64,000 nt of DNA. Source: Octopus sinensis. Lineage: Eukaryota. The position numbers and the translations under genes were made by a program. Where the stretch lies: positions 19,282,001 to 19,346,000 of the forward strand of contig NC_043012.1 in NCBI RefSeq assembly GCF_006345805.1, in the 5' to 3' direction. Below the pieces are notes generated by a model. That model saw only the letters and a program-made list of their open reading frames with translations, did not search any database and was not told the origin of the DNA. Shown here piece after piece: positions 26,416 through 39,712 of this stretch (the stretch's first letter is position 1; each line of letters begins with the position of its first letter).

Positions 26416-27411
26416 CATTGATCGTACTCACAAAACACACACACACACGAACGCAAACACATATGTGTATACAGACACACAAACGTAATAGGTACACATA
26501 GGTACACATAAACTACATTTCCTGGAGAATGGCATACTAGTTAATGAGTTGTTTCAAAGTTTGACACTGCTAAATATTGATTTGTTAGTAACTAATTAAG
26601 CCCGTATAAATATGCTATTTTGGCAGCGGTATGCGTCTGTCTCCCTCTGAAGTTTTACAACGTGAAATTACGGTACATGTTTAATTTAACATTGGAAATT
26701 ATATTATAACGTATGCAACAGAAAGGATATATTGCGGAATAAACGGCTGATATAAGCTCCAATGTTTCAATCCAATGTACAAATTGATATTTTCATTAGT
26801 TTAAACCTTATAATTCTTTATAGTTCACATAGAATTTGAACTACTATATTTATCTTGGATATTTTGAGGCAAATATATTGATAAAACTATCGGAAACTAT
26901 TCAGAAATAGATACCGATTAAAGAAATGCTGAAGAGCCGAAAGGGTAGGTGACGTCATTTAATTGGCACTAATTAAATGGGTGATGATCTTATACGGAAA
27001 ATGTTATGCTTGCTAAATACTAGTATTTGAAAGAAACAAATGTAATGAGTTTGATTTAATGCCAGCACGAAAGTATTTTGTAGTAATGAGACTTGTTATT
27101 TATTTTTATATTCGTATAACTTTCATTGCAAAGTGTTATGGGTATAAACACATAAGCACACGCACATACAGACGCGATTACACAGAGACACAGACTCATA
27201 CACATGCACATACTTATGTGTATGTATGTGCTTATGTATATTTGAGTGTGAGTGTGTATTAAGTCAAACGAATAGTTACGTAGATTGGGAGAAAAATAGA
27301 CGCATACACAAATGTACACATACGTATATATGTATATGTGTAGACATCAATATATATACATACATACATTGCAGAAATATAATAAATATAACGTCACAAA
27401 TAGAGACACAG

Positions 27412-27635
27412 AAATGGCAGAATCGTTAGCACACCGAGTGAAATGCTTAGGGGTAATTCGTCCGTTTTTTCGTTCTCAGGTTAAATTACGCCGGAGTCGA
27501 CTTAGCGTTGAACCAATCAAGATCGATGAAAGATGGGAATATTGAACACTGGACTTAGTTTCATCGACTCAGCCCCCTTTCTCGAAAACTGCTGGCATTG
27601 TGCCGAAATTAAAAGTAAATAATACGTTACAAATT
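27412..27635 (+). mobile_element. Old SINE related to S1
   Basis: atggcagaatcgttagcac...gaaatgcttagggg...cgttctcaggttaaattacgccggagtcgactt aligns with 8091-8200. Confidence 0.7.
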
Positions 27636-28084
27636 TAGTTGTTACAGTAAAAGTAAATTCATGTTCCTTTATGTACGATATTTTTAATGTACGACATATG
27701 CTATGTGTTTCTTTGAACACATTAATTTCTATATTTAACAGAAAAGTACTCAGGGAATTAGTTTTAAATAAGTACTCAGAAAAAAAATTACTCAAATCCG
27801 CTTTTCATCATAAAATACTGCAAAATTTAACGAACGAATTTCGTCATGTATTTGTTTCTCGTTATGATTTCAGAATGTATTACTCATACACATACAGCAT
27901 AAATCATGACACACATAAGAATAAGTATTTCTAATGGTCTACATTTGTCTTACTTAGCATATGAATGAAAATAGCAGAAGGTACGTTACTTTTGCATGCG
28001 GTTTAAAGTTCACATATATTTCTAATCAGCTTTTTCATTTACATGCCAAGAGTGCAATTATAAATACTTGGGTTTAATTAACAT

Positions 28085-28245
28085 CATGTTGTGACGCTCT
28101 CCAGCTTGCTAGGGGCACTAGGTCTATGGTAAGACTGGTCTTACGATACAACGATGTTTGCAAAAGGGACATGAAGGCCTGCGACACCAATATTAGCAAC
28201 TGGGAAGCAGTTGACAGCAACCGTGGAGATTGGCGACGAACCGTG
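28085..28245 (+). mobile_element. RTE-clade LINE ORF2 C-terminal fragment
   Basis: GTRSMVRLVLRYNDVCKRDMKACDTNISNWEAVDSNRGDWRRTV resembles the RTE C-terminal G.R..GRP..R..D.CKRD.K...W...A.DR..WR pattern. Confidence 0.75.
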
Positions 28246-28267
28246 TGTGTGTGTACATACATACATG

Positions 28268-28392
<125 letters not shown>

Positions 28393-28809
28393 ACATATAT
28401 ATATATATAACTATCAGGAAGTGCACATCCAAGGGAAAAAACTTAGACGAAAACATACCAAATGGTAAACTAGACGAAACATTAATGGACAGGAAATTTA
28501 GACAAAGACACGATACAAAGAAAATTCCCAGGTCTGTTTTCCTCATCAGTCAATGAACCAAAGAAAGCAATCAAGGGCGGGGAGAGAGAGAGAGTAAGAG
28601 TGGAGAAAGAGAGAGAGAGAGAGTCAGTGCAGAGAGAGTTAAATGTCACACTAAATAATCAGGAATTTTTTTTTACAATAAAGTAAACAAAAAGGGTGTG
28701 CGTTGAGCTACATGGATATATCAAGGGTTGAACAGAAACAAGTAGAAAGAGTTAGACCAAAGCAGCGCAAACGGGAAACAGGACAAAAATCTAACGGGTA
28801 TATATGTGA

Positions 28810-28854
<45 letters not shown>

Positions 28855-28855
<1 letters not shown>

Positions 28856-29195
28856 GAGACACCCTTCGGTCATGACTGACCATGAGATTGCACCTAGAAA
28901 ATTACTCTCCTACGCACAAATTCGGGCAAGATTGTTTGTTTATGGAAGACTAGCAGTCGCCCACGCATACCGGCCTGCCCTATCCACGCCACCAGTTTTA
29001 TCCAAGGGAAAGGCAACAGCCGATACCGCTTGGCACCTGTGACGTCATAACTCATTTCTACAGCTGAGTGAACTGTAGCAACGTGAAATAAAGTGTCTTG
29101 CTCAAGAACACAACATACAGCCAGGTCCGGGATTCGAGCTCACAACCTCATGATCGTAAGCTCGACGATCTAACCACTGAGCCATGTTCCTTCAC
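28855..29195 (-). mobile_element. tRNA-derived SINE, head/body Y with an RTE-like tail
   Basis: Minus-strand head ggaacatggctcagtggttagatcgtcgag...gagctcgaatcccgg; central gttgtgttcttgagcaagacactttatttcacg; tail ending ctaggtgcaatctcatggtcagtcatgac. Confidence 0.8.
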
Positions 29196-29585
29196 AAGGC
29201 TCACACACACACACATATATATATATGATAATAATAATAAAGGGTAAAATTAATCAATTAATAATATATATATGGATAAGATCATTATTCAAATTGCAGT
29301 CAAGTAAAGTGGCAACATGGGAAGAAAAAAACAGTATAGTTTATAATTGTTATTGAAATTATAAATAAAGGCATATATGAGATATTATAATGATTGAAAT
29401 GGCAGTCAAAACCTGACTTTAAAACCACATAATGTATTCAATATAGCACACGGGGAAAAGACAAAAAAGATACATAAAATAGTGAAAATTGGATAACTTC
29501 AAACCTTGTGTTCCTGGCTCTGTATAAAAATAATTCGCCTCCGTCAATGAAATATACGAAGAATTGTACATAATTATATATATAT

Positions 29586-29646
<61 letters not shown>

Positions 29647-31402
29647 TATATTGAGGGTACTACTATTCGTAGATACCAACACGCTAAGAGGGACCAATGC
29701 GGTCAAAACTACTAAAAATAAACAAAATTTTACCGAATGCAAAACTTCAAAACACATCATTTTAAAAAAGAATTCAGTTACATGTTAGTCGAATTCCATG
29801 GTGGATTATTTCAGGTTTAATGCCTGTTAATGAGACAGCATAGGATATATTTTGGGTACTGAAGACGTGGGTGAAAAACGTCACCAAAGTGTAAAGATTT
29901 TAGACTAGTATACGAAAAGGAGCTATATGTGCAATGCCTAAATTGAGTTGAAAATCGTATGTAAATTCTAATGGCGTAATCGATATCGTATGTGTTAGTG
30001 ATTACACAATTATATACACTTTATTCTAGCACTCTCTGGAATACAATCATAATATACATAAGCCCTTCGAACGATGTACGCCGATATCACGTACATACAA
30101 CCCAACATGGACACTGAATGAGAAAATAAGAGAGTAACTAAAGATTGCTACAATGGAAAATCGAAACCTTGCCTGGGATACCGTACCGTTTTTTCTTTAC
30201 TTCCTTTCTTCTCTTCTGACCCCTCCCCCTTCATATTCTTTGCCTCCCATGTTGATTCAACTCCTCTGAATGTCCTCTTTTCTATCTCTGCCTTGTTCTT
30301 ATTAGAGATGTTGCTAAAATGAGAAGTTAAGAAATTGTAGTATTAATTTCTGTTGAAATACCACAGCACTTCTACTGGGACTACTTTTAATTTGTCTTAC
30401 TTTTTTGCGTAAAGAACGTAATATAGGAATTAAGGTTATTTATAATATATTTATACCGTAAATATGAGGGGAAATGCTAATTAAACACAAGACTAATGGG
30501 AACGTATGAATATAGCCCCTCATTAAAGTATTAATTAATCGCCAAAATTGCATGTAACATGTTTTAATTCTTACTAATTAAATATGAGATGATCTCATAT
30601 GGTAAATGGTATTTTCGGTAGATGCTACTATTTCAAATCTAGAAATGTAATAGGATTGATAATATGCCAATAAGAAAATTGAAAGGAAATTATTTGAGCC
30701 ATTTTTCGTTAATTACAAACAGTTATGTGCCTACGATTATGTGTGTGTGTATGTGTGTGTGTGCGAGTACACATACATGGGTGTACATAATTGCAGAGCT
30801 ATGTTTGTGCGTGTGTGCATACAAGCTTATACACTATTGGTTTCCGACTTTCAGGTTGGTTTTAAGATGCAAACTTGCGTGTAAAATTGTGATTTGAAAT
30901 TACTTTATTGCAGACATGTTAAAGAGATTTTCTCTGCAATTACTAATATAACAGACTAAAATATTCTTGGCACTGCAGTAATTACGGTTACTATGTTTGC
31001 AAAAGAAACACAACATGAATTTGGCAATGATATTTAGTTGCACGAAATTTCAACAACTATTCCTGAATTTTGTATTACTGTAAAATAGGAGTCGATTTAA
31101 TAATACATACGGTATTTTTACTTTTCCCTTTCAGTTTGATGTTAAAATGTATCCCTCTAAATATATGTTTCAGTAAATTCAGAACGATCTAAACTAATCG
31201 TCCAAACTCCACAAATGACTTAATAGAGAATAAAGCAAGTATGAAAGGGTTGGAGAAAACGGTGAATTAAATGAGCAGAAGTCGGAATGATGTAGATCCG
31301 AAGTGCAGCGGTTATTAGCACTATCACTCAATGAAATAGCACTTCAAAACTGCGCAATTTAGTGTGCAGAAATGCAAATTACAATTACCCACATAGACAC
31401 AT

Positions 31403-31665
31403 TGTCGGTTACGACGATAAGGGTTCTATTTGTTCCGATCAACGGAACAGCCTGCACGTGAAAGCAACATGCAAGTTGCTGAGTAATCGATAGGTCTAAA
31501 GGAGATTCAGATTGAACTAGAATGAAAAGGGCCTGGTTTTAGAATCTGGGTACTACGAATTTTTGTCAGCTAAATGGCTTGAATAAACGTGAGATAAAAT
31601 GCCTTGCTCAAGAACAGCACACGCTGCCAGGAATCGAACTCACGAACTTACGCTCTTGAGTAGAA
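31403..31665 (-). mobile_element. SINE, head/body Y with tail A
   Basis: ccttgctcaagaacagcac...ggaatcgaactcacga matches 29095-29160; ttgtcggttacgacgataagggttc...gatcaacggaacagcctg matches 11173-11230. Confidence 0.7.
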
Positions 31666-32624
31666 TATCTGGATGTCCATAAACCTGCCCATAAAATCAG
31701 CGTGGGTAAATTAAAAATGAATAAAGCAAATAAGCTATTCAGTTCCATATGAGGGCGACGTTGCCATGATTAATATGGTCGCAGTGAAAATCATCACACC
31801 GGATATGATGGCAGTATTTTTAGTCCGAATTTGTAACAAAAAAACATGTTTCAAGAAAACATAAAGAATTATGGAGATCTTTGGAGAGAAACCAGCGGAA
31901 CATATATGATCAAATAGCTCCTAGTTTCACTGTCTTTATTTGTTTATAGAACATGTAAAACTGCAAGATGCATCATTATAACCTGATACCTGATTTACAA
32001 TCGCCTACACACATTTGTAATCTTCAAACAGAATCAGGTAACGATTTCCATATACCAAAGCAAAGTTTACGAGAACATAAACATTATCTTATATGCTGGG
32101 TACGCATCAATATCTGGGATAATATTCGACAAATATCATTTTCGAATATGTAAGCGAAATAAGATTAACGTCTTTGTGAATGAAGAAAACATAACTCACT
32201 TTCTCTCTGTAGTACATTAGAGCTGTCTTCATAAAAGGTTACCGCATTTCGTAAAAGGTTTCCATTTAACTTATCTTATAAATTGTCCTTTCCGTTAAGA
32301 ATAGCACCTGGATATTAACTACTAACCAACAACGCGTGAAAAGTTAATGACGAACTTAAAAATCTATATTACACATATATTTCGCACATACAGAAACGGA
32401 CTGTTCCTCGCTGTTTCAATAGTCTTATCTATCTATCTATCTATCTATGCTTTGGCATGTCAGTCTATGCATATTTAAACATAGACATACATAAAAATTT
32501 TTATATATATATATACATATATATATGTGTGCGTGTGTGTGTATATACTTATATACATGCATAATACATACATATATATACAAAAATATATATGTAGATG
32601 TATATCTATATAGGTATATGTATA

Positions 32625-32687
<63 letters not shown>

Positions 32688-32794
32688 ATCTATACACTTA
32701 CACACACATACATAAATATATATATACATACATACATACATATATATATATATAACAAATATATATATATATATATATCTATATATATATGTAT

Positions 32795-32902
32795 ATAACC
32801 ATTTGGCATAATGATTCAACAACATGAATTATGGAAACTTGTTATTGAATAATGTTTAATCTGCTGCAAACCTCGTAATCTCAAGGTCTCTCTCTCTCTC
32901 TG

Positions 32903-32940
<38 letters not shown>

Positions 32941-33569
32941 CACACACAAACATACACACACACATATATATATATATATAATTTATATATAGAGGGCATT
33001 ATACATACATGCCAGAAGGCATTATACATACATGCCAAACGCTAAGAGGGACAATTAGTCATTTCTACCAAAAATATTACTAATCCCACCGAATGCAATT
33101 TTTCAAAGTAAGACATTTAAAAAAAATATAGACCTGTATAACAGTGATTTCATACTTACGTACTCATCAGCAGGCCTGAATGTATTATAAATAAACAACG
33201 ACCCTGCCCCGCTTAAGCCGATCAGCTAACTGCTCGACATCAACGAAGCACATGGGTGAGTTTACATATATTACATCCGGATAAATGGCAAACTTTTACG
33301 AATTGCATTTCGGGAGAGGAAAAGTTTTTTCGGAATAAAAATTTAGCAATTAAGGACAACTACTTAATAAGGAAAACTTAACAAGAAATTGTCAGGTAGA
33401 TAGCGTAAAAACCTCATAAGAGAAAAAATTTCGAAAATAATTATTTCTTATTGAACATATTAATTTATATATAGAGGGCATTATACATACATGCCAGAAG
33501 GCATTATACATACATGCCAAACGCTAAGAGGGACAATTAGTCATTTCTACCAAAAATATTACTAATCCC

Positions 33570-33600
<31 letters not shown>

Positions 33601-33720
33601 TATATAGAAGGATTTGTTATAATGCTTCAACAACATGAATTATTGAAATTTAAAAAGTTTTTGGTTTATGTTTAATCTGCTGCAAATGCCGTAATCTCAA
33701 GGTTTCTCTCTCTCTCTATC
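32795..33720. repeat. Mosaic duplication A-B-x-B-A'
   Basis: 108 bp identical at 32981-33088 and 33463-33570; diverged ~105-bp copies at 32795-32900 and 33607-33720. Confidence 0.9.
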
Positions 33721-33750
33721 TCTGCATATATATATATATATATATCATTT

Positions 33751-33896
33751 CGAAGATCGGTTCGGCATTCCTCATTTACTGCCGACTGAAACTGTTTGCG
33801 CGGGTAATTTTGAAAAATTAAAACGAAGATCGGTTCGACATTTCTTATCTGTTACCGACTGAAACAGCGCTTTCGTGGTGAATTTTGAAAAAATTA
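33751..33896. repeat. Two diverged 73-bp tandem units
   Basis: cgaagatcggttcg.catt.ct.at...t.ccgactgaaac...aattttgaaaaa at 33751 and 33824. Confidence 0.8.
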
Positions 33897-34209
33897 TAGC
33901 ATATAATTGATGAGACAGGCAGGTGTTATCAGTTAATTGTTAAGACAGACAGTTATCAGTTAATTGTTAAGGTACGGTTACTGATGAGGATTCCCCTAGC
34001 AAATTATTTTATTTGCTAAAAAAAAATCTAAAACCTAGGTATAACCGTAAAAATATAACAAGGTAAAATATTTTTATTCCTCCTTCCCTTAAATGTGGGT
34101 TTCATTGTTTTGACAGCTTCTTCTAGCGTGTAAAAATTTCTTGTTAAACGTAGTTTTCTCTTGTGTTTAAATGTACACTAGTATATATACACACACACAC
34201 ATATATATA

Positions 34210-34256
<47 letters not shown>

Positions 34257-34858
34257 TATATTATATTATATTACATTATATAAGACATAAAAAAATATTT
34301 ATAATCCTTGGAATACGTTTTTGAACCGACGATAGAAACAAATGGACTTGAAATAAAAGCTTAAATATGAATACATGTATTACAATAATGAAGTGAAGAG
34401 AACTCAAGACGACTGGACAGACGGGTGATACATTGTTGATGATATATCCATATATATATAAATATTGGTCTTCTTATCTGTGTGCATGAGCGCGTGGCGT
34501 GTGTGTGTGTGCATGTATACCTCAATATATATACATATGTGTCATCTTACTTTTTCATTTGTAAATCTCCTTAGATAAAATCGATTGATTCCTGCAAAAA
34601 AGTAATATCGATCGCTGATAATGAAAGAAAAAAAATAGAGGCACAGAGCGTACTAATTACTGCCTTTGTGAGATTATTATTTGATATTGATTTACATTGT
34701 TTAGCAGACAAATAACAGTGGATATACATATGAATCTACAATATGGTGAGATGCGATGTCTGTTTCCTAATACTTGTCCATAAAACTTCTATTCCTGATA
34801 GATATTAACGCATGTGCAGTTTTTCGGTACATTGTTTCGATACATGCATATATCTATA

Positions 34859-34898
<40 letters not shown>

Positions 34899-35004
34899 AA
34901 CACATATGTGCGTGTATGTGTGCATGTATGCCTCTGTGTTTATGTACTTGTCTGGTAAATGAGTGCAATGTTTGGTATCTATACATTCATGTGTGCATTT
35001 ACAG

Positions 35005-35097
<93 letters not shown>

Positions 35098-35499
35098 CTT
35101 GTTGGCTTCCCACCTTAAAAAGAGTAACAATATCACTCAGAGACTGCAAACCTCCACCAAGGCGACATCAATGTCCTCTCAATAATCAGCCAGAGATGGT
35201 TTTTTAAAATGAGAATATCTGATATAAACTCGACTCTCTCACAAACAAGACTACTAAAAATAAACCCAATTGCTCTCGAAAATTAAATTTAAAAAAGCAG
35301 GAAAAATTATCCAGAATCATTGTGTGGTATCAGATTGATTCCGAAATCCAATCGGTTTGGCCAGTGGTGAAGTCAAACATCCCTTAAAGTTTCGTCTGAA
35401 TCCATGTAATGGTTGAGACACTACAGCTGATATCTCCACCTCCGAACCCATGCACACATGTATATCATGACTCATACACTATTCACTTTCCTGACTTTT

Positions 35500-36505
35500 G
35501 TACATAATTCCAATTACGATGTGAGGATCTGGTCAATGGAATGCCTCGCTGTGATGCCATTTACTCTGCCTACACCAATATTTTAGAACACATGGGGCAC
35601 CAATTCTCTGATTCAGGCCTATAGCACCCAAAACCATGATGCTCTACCCAGCCCCACCTATCTCCCCACAACACATGCGTCTCTGTAGAGTTCAATCCTC
35701 TTACACTACGCCTTTACTCTGCCATCCGAGGTGGAAACGCAGTACCGGCTCTCGTCAGAGAAGGCTATCGACCTCCATTATTGGTGCCAAGAATGTCGGT
35801 GCTGTGTACCGCAATGTAATTGTGCCTTACATTGCGTGCGGTGAGGATAGGCCTTCAAGCAGGATGTGCGTAACGGATGTTGTTGGCAGCCAGTCAACCT
35901 CGTACCGTGTCGTCGCTGATGCGTCATTGTCCAGTACGAAAGGTCTCTCGAGTAATCACGCCGGCTGATACGAAGCGATCACGGAGGTGTTGCAGGTGGA
36001 CGAAGCGGTCCTGTCTGGGCGTGGTCTACCGGGGACGCCTCGGCGGTCACGCTCTGCAGTGCTATTGGTGTGTATCGCTGTTGCGGGCGATAGATGGTGC
36101 TGATATGGATATCGTAAGCTTTCTCAACAACCAGGGCACGCTGCCCTGCTGGCATTTGGTCGATAGCTTGCTCTCTCTGCGCTGCTGACAGTCAAGTCAT
36201 ACCTGATGCATCCAAATTACGAATGCCAGGAATGCGGTTGATTTTTATATCTATAACCTCCACGAGATGCACGTGCATTTCGGTTTTCCTGACTATTGTC
36301 TGTGACTGCCACCCACAGCATTCAACGCAGCTGCCTTTTGACGTCCCGTCTCAGGAATAGGTGAAATGTTACCTGGAATTTTTGTACCAGCCATAAACCA
36401 GCATGTCTTGGAATAGTTACACTTACGTCCCCAAAATAAATTTTCAGAAATTACCATATTAAAATGACATTTAGTAAAATTGCGTTTCTTTTGCGGTTCA
36501 GGGTA
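35500..36505 (-). mobile_element. Degenerate Tc1-family transposon
   Basis: Minus-strand frameshifted translation gives QDRFVHLQHLRDRF, RISDDTVR, RPILTAR, WRSIAFSDESRYCVSTSDGRV. TIR-like ta|ccctgaaccgcaaaagaaacgca near 36505; the other TIR was not found. Confidence 0.85.
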
Positions 36506-37224
36506 TAATTGATTAAAATTCTCTCTATTTATGAAAGAAAATATCTTTTATTTCACATTAAAAACCAAAATTACATTCTTGCCTTCCTAATATTTTTGGA
36601 TATATTAATTTGCCATGTATTTTATAGTTTTTCCTGTATCTGAATGTGAAAAGATCGCCTACAATATATATTTTATCCCTCAATTAATGACACATTATTC
36701 TTACAAGGTGCCATTCCATTTTAGATTAAATTCGCATATCCATATCGTTGTAAATGCAACTGTATATTTACTCTTTATTAACCGAATATCAATAAACAAA
36801 ATCCGAATGCTAGAGAATGCATAAATAATTGCATTTCCACCTACACATGCATATATAGATGTATGTGTGTGTGTGTGTGTGTGTGTTTGTTTTGTGAGTG
36901 TTTTGTGTATGAGTGTTTGTGTGCTTGTGTTTTGGAAACAACTTCTTACACATGCAAGTGATACCGGTCGAAAGATTCGCAAAGCAGAAAAAAACAAGTG
37001 TATGGGGTGTTCAGAAGAAAATGTAAGCCGTTTCGGGGACGAACTGTCAACGTCATCATTGCGCATGCTCTCCCCCTATCACCACCACTGAAATGAAGCC
37101 CCGCTTGCTAGAATAATTGTTTATCAGATATAGCTCACTATACTTCTAGCTATAGCTTATCGACTGTGTTTAACCAAATCCCGTGGCTTACATTTCCACT
37201 TTTGTTTTAGATATCACAGTTGGT

Positions 37225-38270
37225 GGTATTTGCTAAACATAATTACAGTCGCCTCACACTGTGTCCAACGAATCCTCTACGTTCGAATTCGATTGGAAAA
37301 TGCTCCGCTTTCCAGCCTGCGACTTCACATTCCTGGAGGAGGTTTACATAACGGTTAATCTTTCGAGCCGGAGCGGCGTCCATGTTATCTTCCTGAGGAA
37401 CTGTTAACTCAACTAGATTTACCACTTTCTTCACACCATATATCTAGTTTCTTCATAACTAGGGCAAGAAAAAATCCTCGGCATCCTTGTAAATCTGCAG
37501 CCACTTCCCAGGAGCCGTTCCACTTTTCGTCGTTCACAGGATGTTTACATTTCTTAAAACGGATATTCTGTCCTGAGCAGACGAAGGTAATGAAATCTCT
37601 GGTTGGTTCTTCCAATTGTTTTTGCCATGGTTAATGAGAAAAATTTGGTTCTTTATAGCATTGAAGATAACGTTAAGGACCAGATTGTGTCTCCGTGTAT
37701 ATCTATTCAATGCCACTGAACATTTGGATAGAATTTGCTTCCGTTTTCCGACTTTTCCGCATCCGCATATATCATTTTCTAAGATGTTCCATCTTAATAG
37801 ATTTATAGCCAATGGCAAGACATCGTAGGATAAACGAAACCGAAAACTTAACCGTGATGTAGTCCACTTTTATGTCTTATTCAAATATATTTTTCTCCTT
37901 CCCACATCGACATCTTTCTTTGTTCAGCGCTTGGATCAAATGATGATTTCTCCTCTATGTTTCCGTTGCTTTGATGCTGTTGCTAATAATGCATGATGTA
38001 AACACGCTCTGCATCATGCTTACAATTGGTCTGAACCGATCTGCGTCAAATCCAAGTCACTTTCGGTGAATTTGCGCTGCACCCACCACATCTCAATATG
38101 CAACTGAAGACACGATGTAGTCAGTCTCTGCTTCAGCTTTTCAATTTCTGGCTATTTTTACAACTGGTGAATTACGCCTGTTTTCTTTGTCCTTCGATTC
38201 TCTCAGCATCATTACCCTTCTTACCCTTCTTAGGTAATACATTTCTACTATTAACACCAGTGGTAACTGT
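37225..38270 (-). mobile_element. 3' fragment of an RLE-type non-LTR retrotransposon (Hero/NeSL-like)
   Basis: RLSFRFRLSYDVLP..NLLRW; CCHC remnant CGCGKVG..QILSKCSVALNRYTRRHNLVL; RLE motif DIWCEES..KVVNLVELTVPQEDN..ARKINRY..GWKAEHFPIE..RGFV. Confidence 0.85.
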
Positions 38271-39025
38271 AAAGCCCCTCTTTTATATGTGTATATATAT
38301 ATATGTGTGTGTGTGAGTGTGTGTGTGTTTGTGTATGTGCATCTGTAGGAGGATATCTACCTATGTGTCATGTATTCTCTAGCGCAAAAATTTCGTGTTA
38401 ATATATTCGGTTACATATGCATATGCAATAATATAGATAGGCGAATTTAATCTGAAATAGATTAAAGCATTAGAAGAATAGCAAAATCAAATAAGCTTGT
38501 CCTAATGTGTCTATGTGTATGGTGTTAGTAGGCATGTATCCTTTTATGAGTTAATTAAAGTTAAAATAGAACATCTCGTTGAAATATGCAGGGGAATATA
38601 TTCAGAAGACATGTGTACGATGTGTTCTTTTTGTTTAATATGTTGGAACCTTTTAATAATTTTCTATAAATTTTATAAATCAAAGTATTACTAAAGAAAT
38701 GCCATCGTAGAGAGACGATTTATGTTTATGCACATAGCAACAACATCTGCTTAGAGAGTATCATTCTTAATTGAAAGGTTTTACTGTCTTGTACGTAAAG
38801 GTGACAGATATTCTCCATTTCGTAACAGCTTGCCTTGTGTAACATTTAGGATATGTTCCAATACATTCTTCGTTATACGTAAACTAGAAGTCTGCAGTTT
38901 TCCACGCCCACCACAGAAAGTACCAGAAAAGAGTATTCACTCTCTGTTTAACTTTCTCAATCCACTCACTCCATTCTTCTCCTCTGGTCAATATATACTA
39001 TACACACACACACACACACACAAAA

Positions 39026-39128
<103 letters not shown>

Positions 39129-39149
39129 TATATATATATAATCATTATG

Positions 39150-39300
39150 GATATAGGGTGAAATATAATTAATTGTATAAAATCAACAAATTTCCCCTAG
39201 TAGTGTTTCGGTATGGAAAAGGACCACATATTCTAACATTTTCGGTATAGGGTTAAGTAAAGTGTTGCAAATAACCCTTATTGTTATAATTATATAAGTT
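39150..39300. mobile_element. Dispersed relative of the array-1 monomer
   Basis: Aligns with 3880-3960, with 4130-4166 and with the end of the array-1 unit. Confidence 0.6.
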
Positions 39301-39324
39301 TTTCCCGAATATATACATATATTT

Positions 39325-39459
<135 letters not shown>

Positions 39460-39659
39460 TATATATATATTATATAAAAGGGCTTAGTAAAATAAATTAC
39501 TTTGCCGCATACTGAACTCATTAGAAATAGCAGCCAAAAAACTTTTTTAAAGCTATTTCTAATACTTAAAGAAAATCTCTCTCATATATAGTGTTTGCTT
39601 AATTCAACTCACAAAAGTTTGGGGGTAAGGACATCGAAAAATCAAATGCTAAGGTTATT

Positions 39660-39712
39660 TGAGAACGTACGTTTCAAGATTAGTCAAAAACAACACTTCT
39701 ATCATCAGCTCA
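39660..39712 (-). ncRNA. Type I hammerhead-like motif, array 1 (minus-strand copies also at 40205-40257 and 40752-40804)
   Basis: Reverse complement of the fold described at 42241-42293. Confidence 0.6.

Larger units (their letters stand above)
25391..26690. repeat. ~175-bp diverged direct repeat (25391-25570 and 26509-26690)
   Basis: Both copies read aaact.catt..ctggagaatggcatactagtt..tgagttgtttcaaagtttg...ctaattaagc.cgtataaa...ttttggca.cggtatgcg.ctgt. Confidence 0.85.
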
